The notes under the pieces were generated by a model that had not been told where the DNA came from, searched no databases, and worked only from the letters and a program-made list of their open reading frames with translations. The position numbers and the translations under genes are program-made. From Selaginella moellendorffii (taxonomy: Eukaryota > Plantae > Lycopodiophyta): DNA of 64,000 nt. Positions 37,791-49,392 of the stretch are shown one piece after another (the first letter of the stretch is position 1; each line of letters starts with the position of its first letter). Location: the NCBI RefSeq assembly GCF_000143415.4, contig NW_003314284.1, positions 496,001 to 560,000 of the forward strand, in the 5' to 3' direction.

Positions 37791-38583
37791 TCATTCCTGC
37801 CAGAAAAATAATCCCAATTATGGCAACAAAAGAAAACAATTTAAGCTTACAGCAAGTAGACAGGATTTTTCCATGATCTCGTTGGTTCCCGGGTTGACAA
37901 CGATATCGCAACTAAGTTTCGCCTACAAGGAAGAACATCATTTAGGAAAAAAAAGCAAGATTTTTTACCTCTAAGTGAGGGTGGACGAGCAAAAACTCCA
38001 AATTCCCGGAAAAGTTCATGTCCGTCTCTAGAGGCAATCTCCCCCTGGCGATATCCAAGAGTAAACTCCCAGCATTCACAAACACTCGCATGCCTTTGAG
38101 ATCCATCACCCCGTCCACGGTGACAACTTTCAGCGCTGGGATCTCGCCGCCTTCCAAGACCACCCGGCCGAGCTTATCGCCCCGGTACCCGAGCTCCACC
38201 ACAATCCTGTCGTAGCGCACACCAAAGTAATTGGGATTCCTCACAAGCAATTGGACTTGAAACTTCAAATCCAAATCCAGCCCCAAATCGTTGGACCGCT
38301 GCTGCTGCTCAACGATCGCCCTCTTGAGGCTGTCCCAAGACATGCTCACAAGCTCCGTCTTCTGCACCTCGATCTTCACATCGCTCGGCCACAGCATAAA
38401 CGCCGTGAAGCCCAACACGAGAATTATCGGATACAAGACTGTGAAGCACTGGAAAGCGCAGCTCTTCGTCTTACTGGACTCGAGAACCGGAGGGCGACCA
38501 TCCAGCGGCGCGTAGTAGTGATGGTGCACGACCGGGTAGCCGATCGCCTCGCCTCTGCCCTCCTCCTTCGTCATAGCGCCCAT
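37791..38583 (-). CDS. LEA_2 / NHL-like single-TM protein (3 exons, last exon encodes only Glu-stop)
   Basis: TM helix ending LWPSD, VRNPNYFGVRYD motif, GYRG, LSCDIVVNP...KSC. Confidence 0.88.
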
Positions 38584-39044
38584 AAACCCTAGAATTCCCT
38601 GAAGAGCCCTAATTTCCCAGCAAGCCCTAAAGCTGTTTAATAGCTCCCTTTTCAAAAATTTAAAACTTTTACCCGCGCTTTCCGCCTGGATAACTTCGGA
38701 GTGGATAGATTTACCATCACTCGACTTATAACACTCATGTGGGGATTCGGGAATGATGGAAGAAAAAGCCCGGCCAAGGCGAACGAGAAAGCGATGGCGA
38801 CTGGAATGGATTGGATTGGATTGGATTGGCGAAAACGAGAAGGAAAAAGAAAGACATTTTTATCGTGGGAGGATTGATGGATGGAAAAGGCTGGCCTCGC
38901 CTGGCGCCTGGAATTCGGCTGGACCGCGGCTGGCTGGCACATTTAACTTACAATGTTGGCGTCGTCTCGTCGTGTAATCTAGGAACCCAAGATTGTCACG
39001 AAAAGACCCACCATGTTATAAACAGAATGAGGAAAATGCGCGCC

Positions 39045-39360
39045 AAGGGAATCGAACCGGGCACGCCATCCCCGCAACCATGTACGGGGCATTTTCAAAC
39101 CGCATGGCAATCGCGTGCCGCCACGTGGTGAGGTGAAACCTTCTTCACCACGGATGTATTTACGGCGGAGCGGTAAACCCTAGGCTCCCCAGCCGTGCCG
39201 TTCGATGCCGGGATCGTGGGGCTCGTACGCCGGCACGTGGACAGCAGGTGGTATTTATCCTGCCGTTTGTGGAAATGGTATTCGCGTTTAAATATGATGG
39301 AATTTCCACAATTAGGCGGCACAGTAAAGCTCTCGGTACTTCGCCAAAACCCCCCTTTTT
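39045..39360 (+). ncRNA. Candidate structured Pol III ncRNA (telomerase-RNA-like), unverified
   Basis: TTATAAA at ~39016 and a weak USE-like AACCCAAGATTG at ~38984 upstream; internal TAAACCCTA (39174-39182); several hairpins; ends CCCCCC-TTTTT-aagc-T9. Confidence 0.35.
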
Positions 39361-39620
39361 AAGCTTTTTTTTTCTCTCTTTTTATTCCTCTCTCCTCCTT
39401 CGCATCTTCCTCTTCGCTTCCCTCTCGAAGCGTGAAGGAAGATCACTGGTGTGCTGTCCGTAGGCGCCCTAGAAAATCTTGTGGCGCTAGTGGGAGGGAG
39501 GATCAAAGCCGCGGCCCTAGGCGCTCAAGATCGAGCGCGCCCTTAACGGATCGCTCGATCGTCGCGGCGTAGCTATAGATCTCTTTCTTGCGAATCGGGG
39601 GAATCAATCGAGGAAATATC

Positions 39621-41041
39621 ATGGCCGCGGGAGATTGCTGCGTTCCTCCGGCGTCGCATTTCTTCGACAACAGCGCGGAGAGCCTGGGCGTGCGAGCCTA
39701 CACCAACGGCGCGCAAGGCGCTACCGAGGCGGTGATCTTGGTGTCGGATATATTCGGTACGCAAATTTCTTGCTTTCCTCCCCTCCAATTCTCTCCCGCA
39801 GCTCCACCAATTCTACCGCCAGCAAGAATGCTGGTGATCCATTGCATTGCCATTCACTGTTCGCGTGTAGCATCGCTCTCGCCACTTGAAATTTTCCTTC
39901 GCACAATCGCTTTGATCGAGTCCCTGTTCTTCTTTTAGCTTTCTTTTCATTTCTTGTGCTTCGAGAGGCTAATATTTGCTCTCTTGCTAGGATGGAGCAG
40001 TCCACTGTTGAGGTGGGTTTTGCACTGCTCTCACGCGCCAATCTTTCATGCTCTCGAGCTTTGGAAAATTCACTGAGCTTTTTTGTTTCTGGGATACAGG
40101 AAACTAGCGGACAAGGTTGCTGCTGCTGGCTACCTGGTTGTAGTTCCAGACCTTTTAAACAATGATCCATTCAAGCCTGCCGAGAGTGGAAGTCCCTATG
40201 CAACATTCCCCGCGTGGATCAAGAACCATGAACCGGTAACTTTTAAGTTTTCGTATGAAACTCTCATCTGTTTCTTATCGGAGCTTTCCCTCTGCCTTCT
40301 GCAGCCAAAGTCCATACAACAGTGCAAGAAGATTGTGGCACTGCTAAAGTCGAAAGGTATCACTTCGATTGGAATCGCTGGCTTCTGCTGGGGCGGTAAG
40401 TTAAATCGAAATGTTTCCCATCAATTTATTTTGGCAGTGGAGTAGCAGTACCGAGCACTAATATCTCTTCTATGAGTTTGCAGCTAAAGTAGCAGCCTTG
40501 ATGGGAAGGGAGGACAGTGTGCGGGCAGTCGTGCTGCTGCATCCCTCCTTTGTGACGGTAGACGATATGCGAGGTGCGACAAAGCTTTTGATTTTCGTCT
40601 CGCTGTTCGGGCGTGTAGATTCACCCAAGCTTTTCGTGCAGAGATTCGTGCGCCCGTGGCGATCCTCGCTGCGGAAGTAGATCAGCGAACACCCGCCGCG
40701 GTGATCGAGGAATCGCGTGCAATCCTTGCGAGCCGTGCTGAGGTTCGCTTTGACAATTCGCCTTTTTGCGTTCTTCGCTTGCTTGCGTTTGTCGTGTTTT
40801 CAAGGTTGTGTGCGTCATTGCCGCTGCTCTGTGGTGCTTGGAGCCAACGTAACCGGAGTGGAAGCTTTTGGTTTTGCTAACACCTTTTGCCTTCTCTCAG
40901 GTGGAGAGCTTTATCAAATTCTTTCCGGGAGCTTCTCACGGCTGGACTGTGAGGTACGATGTGACCAACTCGAGGGCCGTGGCCCAGGCCGAGGAAGCCC
41001 ACCAGGACATGCTAAGCTGGTTCTGGAGATTCCTCAAATGA
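39621..41041 (+). CDS. Dienelactone hydrolase family (endo-1,3;1,4-beta-D-glucanase-like) alpha/beta hydrolase
   Basis: CCVPP start, LVSDIFG, 22-nt micro-exon 39991-40012 (GWSSPLLR), KLADKVAAAGY, nucleophile motif GFCWG, LLHPS, SHGWTVRY. Confidence 0.92.
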
Positions 41042-41261
41042 GAGGAAAAGTGGGAGAGCTTCTATAAAAGAGAGCGAGGAAAGGGACAAAGGAAATTCGT
41101 TTTGGTTCGTTCGTTTTCACAGGACAGGGAAGACAGCGAAAGCAGTTTTGTTCGCCCAGCAAAAGTTTTACTTGTTAGTGGTAGTGTTCTTTCTTAAAAA
41201 GAGTGGAATATTCCCCGCGCGGGGTTTTAGGGTTCTTGAGTTTTTTGGTGGCGCCATCGCC

Positions 41262-42686
41262 ATGGCAGGGTTGCTCATGCGCATTCACTGCGCGGCAGCT
41301 CCCCCGGCGATCGCCACGGGGTATCTCAAGTGCGGCGGCAGCAGCTCCCGGCGCGTCAGGCGGATGGCCCGGCTCGCATCTACCAGCGCGGCAGCCCAGG
41401 GCATGGCGGAGATTTCAAGTAAGTCGTTTTCCAGGGAGCGCAGATTTCGTAGATTATATGCTTAGATCGCGTGCGTGCTCGCCATAGCCGTGCCGCTTCC
41501 GCATTGGCAGCAATTCTTGACCCTGATTAGAGATCAGAGGCAGCATGCGAAGAGATCTCCTCTTTTTTTTTTTTTTGGATTCTTTGCATCGTTCTCCTCT
41601 CTTTCTTTTTCTTTCCGAGAAGGAATCAAATGCTTGTAAAATGTGTGTTTGTTTGTGTAGAGAAGGAAAAGGAGGCCGTTGTGACAGAGCGAGCTCCAGC
41701 TGCTCTTGGACCTTACTCACAAGCAATCAAGGCCAACAATCTCGTGTTCGTGTCAGGTGTACTGGGGCTCATTCCCGAGGTATGCTCAGCTTTTCCAAAG
41801 CTTTTTCCTTTGTTTTTTTCCACTCCTCTACTGATGAAGCATGAATGTCATCGATTGAAGAAAGGAAGAGTGGCTTGTCAGTTGAAAGGTGAATGATTGA
41901 TTGAGCAAGCAATGCAGTGCTTTGTTTCATGGGATTCCATTGTTTTGTTTCATGGGATCGCATTGCATTGCATGTAAATTGCCCTCTTTTCGTTTTCCTG
42001 TGCTTCTGCTTTCCATGCTCGCTCTCTAAGTACGTTCGTGTCACGTCATGAGTCGGGAACTTTCACTTCATTAACCAGCGATCTCGCCTCCCTTTACAGA
42101 CTGGAAAATTTGTTTCTGACAGTGTCGAAGGACAGACCGAACAGGTAGGGTGTGTTATTGTGTTGTAGTTTTCGGGCAGGGCGTTTTGATTCCTCTATCG
42201 TTTCTCCTTTCTTTTCTGTGCAGGTACTCAAGAACATGGGTGAGATTCTGAAAGCTGCCGGTGTTAGCTACAAGTCTGTGGTGAAGACAACTATCATGTA
42301 AGGGTGTCCTCTCTCTTCCGATCGATGCTTGGCTTCACATTTCCCTGTCGCTATGCCATTTATCCATCGCTGTTTCTGCTTTGGTTGTGTGTCATTCATC
42401 AGCTGGCTAGCTAGACGCTTTCTGATGTCAACTTTCGAATTCCTAGGCTGGCTGATCTTGCGGACTTCAAGGCAGTGAATGAGATTTATGCCAGATGTAA
42501 GTGAGCTCCTTTTCCCTCTTGCTTTACTTTGCTCTCTTGGCTTCCTCCAGGGGGGAATTAATTCCAGTGAGATACCGTGCGGCTTGTGCAGATTTTCCAG
42601 CTCCAGCTCCTGCACGATCCACGTATCAAGTAGCTGCCTTGCCTTTAAATGCCCGTATTGAAATCGAGTGCATCGCTGCGCTGTGA
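41262..42686 (+). CDS. RIDA: Reactive intermediate deaminase A (YjgF/Rid family), plastid
   Basis: Transit peptide; APAALGPYSQAIKANNLVFVSG; VVKTTI; FPAPAPARSTYQVAALPLNARIEIECIA. Confidence 0.95.
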
Positions 42687-43082
42687 TGTCGCTGGCAACC
42701 GGACCGAGTTTAAGACAAAGGTTAGTCGACGATTTCATTTGGAAAACGAGATTATAATGTTTGATCAACAGAATTGCGTAGGGAAGAACCGGAACAACAA
42801 ACGTTCGATGCCAAAGTAGAAAATGTAGAGAAGAAAAGCTCTTCAACGCTTACAAATCGAGGAGAGAGACATAAAAGACGATCCAATAATGATTGAGAGA
42901 CCAAGGTGAGCATATTCTATTGATTCGTTGGAATGCCTCTCGTTGGCATTTGCAGTGCTAAGTATTGGCACTTTACACAAGCACTCCAAATTCAAACATT
43001 ATGTTTGAAGGCAAATGTAGCCCTAGGCCTAGAAATTTTATTTGTCACGTGGCATCTCGTGTTCGTTGTGGAAAATCACGCT

Positions 43083-44926
43083 ATGGCGGCGGAGGCGCTG
43101 TGCCCTCGCCTGGCGTTTCTTCAAATCCAGCGCCGGGCGCTCTCCGATCAAAGGTATGCTCGATCTAGTTCATAGCGTTTCAGAATTTCTCAACTGGTAG
43201 GCGCTTGGATCGATCCAGAATCAGGTTAACACGAAGGGGTGGAAGAATGTGGACTCTCTGTAAGCGCGCTTCGATTTCTGCCCAGCGATTCGTGGTGTCC
43301 GCCTCTCATGTAAGCTATGTTTCTAGAGATTAGAGAGGAAATGCATTGGTGGTTTTAATTCACATTTGGTTCCAAGCTAAGCAGTCTTCCGAGGAAGAAG
43401 GAAAGGAGGAAACCTCGAAGAAAGCTGATGATTATAGTGCAGTGTTCCAGAAGATAACACAGTCTGGTATGAAGCCTTGTTTTTTTCTCTGGTGCTTTTT
43501 TCTGATCGAAGAACGAACTTTTGTTATTCTTTCAGACTTGACTTATAGGCATGAGCTGGGGATGAATTACAATCGTGTTCTCCCGAATCTCATCGTTGGT
43601 TCCTGCTTACAGGTTCTCTTTTTCTTTCTTTTTTCTTCTCGAGTTGCCAATAGCAACAATTTTCCAGAATCCTGCAGATGTCGATCGCCTAAAGAAAGAC
43701 GAGAATGTTACCACGGTGTGCAACCTCCAGCAAGATCCTGATATGGCGTAGGCTCTGTTTTCTTTGTCTCTGCTAAGTCTTCTAGCGTCCTCACGGATGT
43801 ATTATGCAGGTACTTCAACGTCGACATCTCTGAAATCCGTGATCATGCGAAGGAAGTTGGCGATTTTAATCATCTTCGACTGCCAATTCGGTAAAGCTGA
43901 CTTGAGAAATTTTGTAAGCAGTTTTCTCATGGTTTTATTCTTGCAGGGACATGGATGGCTTTGCTCTTAGAATGCGGCTCCCGAGTGTCATTGCTAGCTT
44001 GTATCAGGAGCTCAAAGACCGCGAAGGAACACTCTATGTCCATTGCACAGCTGGATTGGGAAGAGCTCCTGCTGTTGCTGTAAGCTCATTTTTTAGCGTT
44101 TAAACGTTTTCATTTGTTTGCTGTGCGCAGCTTGGCTACATGTTTTGGGTACTCGGCTACGATTTGCATGAAGCGTACCTTCTACTCCAGGTAGGCAATA
44201 GTGTTTCTACCAGCTTACCCTTTCTTTGCAGTCGAAGCGGAAGTGTGTGCCAAGCATGGAGAACATACGTGCAGCGACTTGTGATCTGGTACTGTAAGCT
44301 CTTTCGGCTTTGTTTCTTAAAACTTAATCGCCTGGCAGGAAATCTGTCGATCAGCTCACAGGAATGACCAGAAGTCCCATTGGATTGCTCTACAGGAGAG
44401 GTACCTGCGAGCATGTTGAAGTTGCTGGTCTAGACATTGGCTGGCATTCTGTAAGTACTCAAGTTGAACCTGCGTCTGAGGCCTTCTGTTTTTTTTCTTT
44501 CTTTTTTTCAGCGCCTGCCATTCAATTTCATATCGAGAGATGGTCACTGGACGTTAGAACACGAACTTCCTGTAGGCTTCTGCGCTATACGTACTTTTCT
44601 TGGCTCACTGAGCGAACTTCCGATTCAAACAGGTTGGAAGATACGAGTACAAGTATGTGATTGATAAAGAGCGATGGACTTACAATCCTCACGCTCCTAT
44701 AACGAACCCAGACAGAAAAGGCAACTACAACAACTACATTGAGGTATGCTATGATCAATCCCTTCGCCCGATCACAAACTAAATCGTGTATCTGTTCCAG
44801 GTTGTAGACTCCGATCCCGAGAACTGGGAACTCCGGCAATATTGGAGGAAAGAAGACGCGAAGCTGACCGACGAGCAGCGGAGCGTGATCCTGGAGAAGC
44901 TCGAAGCCATGGGAAGCGAGCTCTGA
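43083..44926 (+). CDS. SEX4: Phosphoglucan phosphatase (DSP plus CBM48)
   Basis: LTYRHELGMNY, LIVGSCLQ, catalytic YVHCTAGLGRAP, CBM VEVAGLDIGW...YEYKYVID..W. Confidence 0.92.
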
Positions 44927-44994
44927 TACCACTAAACTCCGGCTATTTGTATGAAGGTATTCTTATCAATTGCAAACAGATGTGGGACTGATGT

Positions 44995-45657
44995 TTATGA
45001 AGAGACTCCAAGGCTGGACGCACATCTGGGTGGATTGGTGTTGTTGGCCTCTTTGCTCCACTTGCTTCCATAGTTCCCAAGGCTGGATTTGCTTCTCGAG
45101 GTAGAGCCGCCGCTCTTTCTAGCTCTTGGAGCAACTGAAGAGACAGAACAGGATCAACCCAACCCAACGAAGAAGAAGATCAAGATCTCTACAAGATCAC
45201 GAAGGAGAGAACCTGCAACATCGTCAATCCTGGGATCCGTGACGGAAGTCTTGGCGTGTCCGAACCAAGGCGGTGGATCCGACTTCATGGCGTGAGACGG
45301 CGGATGGATCTTCAAGGGGGCCGTGATATCGGTGTGGGGGACCGCGTAGAAAGGATTCACGTCCTCCTTGGGCACCGAAGGCACCGGCTTGGCGAAAACT
45401 ATCCTGGTGAGCGAGCACATCCTCCGGTGGTGGCACGGTGGTGGCACGTCCTTGAGCTGTGGGCTCTGGGAGTGACTGGGGACCGCTCGATCCAGGCACT
45501 TGGTGATGTTGGTAACCAGGCCATGGTAGCTCTGCTGGTACCGCCGGTTGAGGGCGTCTTGCTTCCTCGAGGTTCTTCGTCTCGCGGGTGCTGGATCGAA
45601 GGGGATTGGCGGGCGACCAGCCTTGCGATTGAGAGGCGGTAGCTTTGGAGCCGGCAT
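44995..45657 (-). CDS. Hypothetical basic Pro-rich protein (probably 2 exons)
   Basis: GC-rich ORF from ATG 45657; plausible GT-AG intron ~45135-45212 extends the frame to a stop at 44995; no family recognised. Confidence 0.45.
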
Positions 45658-46841
45658 TGGCCCCTGCCGTTAAGCCGCGCTCTTGTAACTGTAAGGTTTT
45701 CACGTGACAGGGAATATGCTACTAGGATCTTTTGCATGGCAATTAGAAATGATCACGTAGTAGGCTGGCTGGTCGACTCTTAGTTTCTCCTCTTCAATGT
45801 CTAATATATCAAAGATGCATCCCTTGCCTTCCAGAATCGCTTGTTTCCAACATTGAGCTTTTACTATAGAGGGCTCAAAACATTCTAGAATATTTACGGC
45901 CAGGACCTAGGAGAGCGGCAGCAGAATTCAGACCCTGTAGTGGAGGTTAAAACGCCAGTTGGTTGGTCACGAAGGATTGTGGTCAATAATTTATATAGTC
46001 AATCTTTGATCAGCCAATGCAATCTTATACTCAGTTTCTTATCATGATGTGTGTTAGTTTCTTATGACCTGTTTGATATATCAAGGTGATATGTTTTTTT
46101 GGAGTGGTTTGCCTGATAATTACCATACTTTAAAAGAGCTGGCGGGCCAACTACCTGGGCAATGGTGGCCAGGGTTGGGTGTGCCAATGATCCTTTGTGT
46201 GATAGGGTTGGGATTCCAATTACAAACTTCACTACGTTTTTTCCATTGCCTGAAAACTTATTGGCAAATCTCACCATCAATCTTTTCTGTGTTCAGTATA
46301 AACTTTTAAATATGTGGTAATCTTTTGTTATAATTTAAGATTGTTAGTACAGGTTATTTGGGCGGAATGAATATCGGCCAGCTCAAAGAGCTCTTGGTCT
46401 CGGGTCCAAAGGCTTTAGCAAGTCGAGGTTTAATGGCAAGTGGTTTACATGTGAAAAGAGACGCTCATGATGCTATGCACAATAAGCCAAATGATGTGGT
46501 CAGCATTATGTATAGAAATATATATGGTTTTTTTAACTCTAGCACCCCAATACATTCTTTCATGTAGTTTTCTCACATAATATATTATAATTCATACACT
46601 TCTCTTTTTGGTTTGCTTAGCAAACCTCTAGAGGTAGTGAATATACTTAAATATGCTTAAATATTTTAAAATATTCTATCACCTAATGGTTATTATACAT
46701 TTTAATTAATTTCATGTTTATAATTTATAAGCATATTTATCATTTAAACTTTCCTAACACTTCATAATATATTCTCGTTTAGTCTACCATCTAACTATTG
46801 CCCTTTATGATATCCTAGGTTACACTTAGGTTACACGTCAA

Positions 46842-47138
46842 ATGGAGAACATAGGGGTTGGGGTAATGGATGGTCTCTATTGGCATGGTATGGGGATTGG
46901 ACTCGGGTTTGGAATATGTGGCTTCTGTATTGGCATTGGTCTTGCTTGCATTGGCTATGCCATTGAAAAATTTGCTGACAACATGGGTAAAGTTGGTGAC
47001 TCTATGAGAAAGACGAAGTGGAGTTTGCTGGAAATCATTGTAATTCTCATTAAATTTACATCTATAAAACTGCTCCAAAGGAACAAATTTAGAGGTCATC
47101 TTTTAGGGCTTATAAAGCCAGGTAGAATGCGGGTATGA
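46842..47138 (+). CDS. Possible small Gly-zipper membrane protein in an AT-rich island
   Basis: 98-aa ORF containing GMGIGLGFGICGFCIGIGLACIGYAI; its 3' end overlaps the RLP stop. Confidence 0.3.
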   Translation: MENIGVGVMDGLYWHGMGIGLGFGICGFCIGIGLACIGYAIEKFADNMGKVGDSMRKTKWSLLEIIVILIKFTSIKLLQRNKFRGHLLGLIKPGRMRV

Positions 47139-49392
47139 AGCTGGCAACAGTAGCAATGGCGAATACGAGGCGCGAGAATTTCTCATCTTCTCGAGGCGCC
47201 GGCATTGCGCCACCGCCATCCTCCTGCCGGCAACGATTGATCAAGGGGTATCCACAAAGGTTGTTGTTTGATCCGAAACTCGAAGGGTCAAATCTGGTGT
47301 TAAATCCATTCCCGCCTGGAATGCGTCCTTGCAGATGGTTCCCGCTGGCATTGAAGCCCCCCAGGAATCCTAGCTGGGTGAGCGACCAGGGAATCTCTCC
47401 TTGCAGGCGGTTGCTCGAGAGGTCCAGAGATTCCAGGTTTTGGAGCTGACCAAGCTCGCCAGGGATGCTACCGCTGAATCTATTGAAGGATAGGTTCAAG
47501 TTCCTGAGGCCGGCGAGCTTTCCAAGCTCCGAGGGAATGGTGCCAGTGAGATTGTTGGAGGAGACATCTATGGAGGTGGTGGAGGAGTAGATGTCACCAA
47601 CAATCCTGAACTTTCCTTTCCAATTGAGGAGAATGGAATAGCCCTCCATCTGTTGGAAAAACTCTCGGCTGCTCTCGAAGGCCTGCCTCCAGTCAAAATA
47701 CACACTGTTGCCAAAGTGTTGGATCCACTGGGTGAAGATTTCCTTCCAGTCCAGGATTCTGGGAAAGAAGAGCACAGTGTTCCTGTTTCCCGAGACGTCT
47801 TGTAGGCCGCGCAGTCCCTCCAGCCTTTCGGGAAGCGGTCCTTGCAAGTTGTTGTGCGAGAGGTCGAGGATTTGCAGCGAGGACAAATTTCCGAAGCACC
47901 GTGGAATGGAGCCTTGGAGATGGTTCCAGGCGAGGCTGAGTACGTGCATGTTGAGAAAGCCGCACAGTGGAGCCGGCAAAGTCCCCGTGAGATGGTTCCG
48001 GCTCAGATCCAGGAACACGAGATGGCTTCTGCTGGTGGTGATCATGCCGAGATCGACATTGCCACTTAAGTTGTTCCTGGAGAGATCAAGCATAACCACT
48101 GTGGTGAAGTAGCTTGGTGGAATGGAGCCCGAGAAGTTGTTACTACCAGCCGAGATGGTCAACAAGCTTGGCAAGCTTCCAACTCCGGCAGGGAGCTCGC
48201 CACTGAGCCAGTTGCCAGAGAGAGTCAGAAAGACGAGGGAGGTGGCGCTGTTGATGCTCGCTGGAATGCTGCCTTGGAACCGGTTACCAGAGATGTCGAA
48301 ATCGCGGAGGCTTGACGTAAACAAGGAGCTTGGAAGTTGCCCCTCGAGCTGGTTACTAGAGGCGTAGAAGATCTCCAGTCGCGTACAGTTGGAGAAGGAG
48401 GGAGGAATGCTGCCGGATATCTGGTTTACATTGACGCTGAAGAACTTGAGAGTGTCTCTACGGCAGACGTTTGGCGGCAGCGGTCCGGTGAGGCGATTGA
48501 GCGCTACGTCGAACTCCTCGAGCTCAGAGTGGAGGCCAAACTCTTGGGGGATCTCGCCAACAAAGCTGTTTTGGAAGAGCCACACACGTTTCAAGCTTGG
48601 AAGCCTGGCGAGCTCCACAGGGATTTCGCCGCTCAGATTGTTGGCTTGGACGTAGATTCCTTCCAGATGAACGAGCCGAGAAACGTTGCGAGGAATGGGT
48701 CCAGTGAGGGAGTTTTTCCAGAGGAGGAGCTCACGCAGCATGGCAAAGCTCCAAATCTCACCAGGTATTTCTCCGCGCAGCTTGTTGTTCGCCAGTGACA
48801 ATCTTCTCAGGTTTTTCGACGTGATGTTCACGGGAATTGTGCCGGTCAGGTTGTTGCCGGAGAGGTCCAGTTCCTGTAAACTCGGCAGGGTCATCACATC
48901 CTGCGGGATTCCCCCTTGGAGCTCATTGTTTGAGAGATCAAGCTGCGACAACCGACTAAGATTTCCAAAGCCAGCGGCTGGGAGCTGCCCCGAGAAAAGA
49001 TTGGAGCTCAAGTTGAGGTACCTGAGCTTGTTGCACGATCCCAGAAACTCTCTTGGAAAGCCTCCACTGAAGCTGTTGTTCGACAGGTCGATGCTCTCCA
49101 AGTTTGGAAGCATGCAAAGCTTGGGATAAAGCTGTCCGCGCAAGCTCATACCGGAGAGATTCAGTCCTTGAACCGAGGAACTGGAGCTGTCGCACGCCAC
49201 TCCAATCCAGACGCATGGATTTGGATCTCGGCTGGTGCTCCAGTCGCTTAAGATCCAGGTCGTGTTGCTCTCCAGATTGGATCGAAACTGCAAAAGAACC
49301 GCAACCTCGTCCTGTAAGAGCGCAGAGCCTGGAGATGGAAGCAGTGGCGCCAAGGAAAAGAGGAGCAGTGAAAACCATATTGCCGCGTTCAT
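47110..49392 (-). CDS. LRR receptor-like protein with island domain
   Basis: Signal peptide (MNAAIWFSLLL; alternative ATG at 49443), PCVWIGVAC cap, about 20 plant LRRs, island, final LRRs, GSNNNLCGYPL cap, TM helix, no kinase domain. Confidence 0.93.
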   Translation of the reverse strand: MNAAIWFSLLLFSLAPLLPSPGSALLQDEVAVLLQFRSNLESNTTWILSDWSTSRDPNPCVWIGVACDSSSSSVQGLNLSGMSLRGQLYPKLCMLPNLESIDLSNNSFSGGFPREFLGSCNKLRYLNLSSNLFSGQLPAAGFGNLSRLSQLDLSNNELQGGIPQDVMTLPSLQELDLSGNNLTGTIPVNITSKNLRRLSLANNKLRGEIPGEIWSFAMLRELLLWKNSLTGPIPRNVSRLVHLEGIYVQANNLSGEIPVELARLPSLKRVWLFQNSFVGEIPQEFGLHSELEEFDVALNRLTGPLPPNVCRRDTLKFFSVNVNQISGSIPPSFSNCTRLEIFYASSNQLEGQLPSSLFTSSLRDFDISGNRFQGSIPASINSATSLVFLTLSGNWLSGELPAGVGSLPSLLTISAGSNNFSGSIPPSYFTTVVMLDLSRNNLSGNVDLGMITTSRSHLVFLDLSRNHLTGTLPAPLCGFLNMHVLSLAWNHLQGSIPRCFGNLSSLQILDLSHNNLQGPLPERLEGLRGLQDVSGNRNTVLFFPRILDWKEIFTQWIQHFGNSVYFDWRQAFESSREFFQQMEGYSILLNWKGKFRIVGDIYSSTTSIDVSSNNLTGTIPSELGKLAGLRNLNLSFNRFSGSIPGELGQLQNLESLDLSSNRLQGEIPWSLTQLGFLGGFNASGNHLQGRIPGGNGFNTRFDPSSFGSNNNLCGYPLINRCRQEDGGGAMPAPREDEKFSRLVFAIATVASFIPAFYLAL

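Noticed and set aside
39045-39360. RNase MRP or 7SL identity for the structured segment
   Set aside because: I could not find the MRP GGAAAGUCCCCGG-type box or SRP helix-8 motifs.
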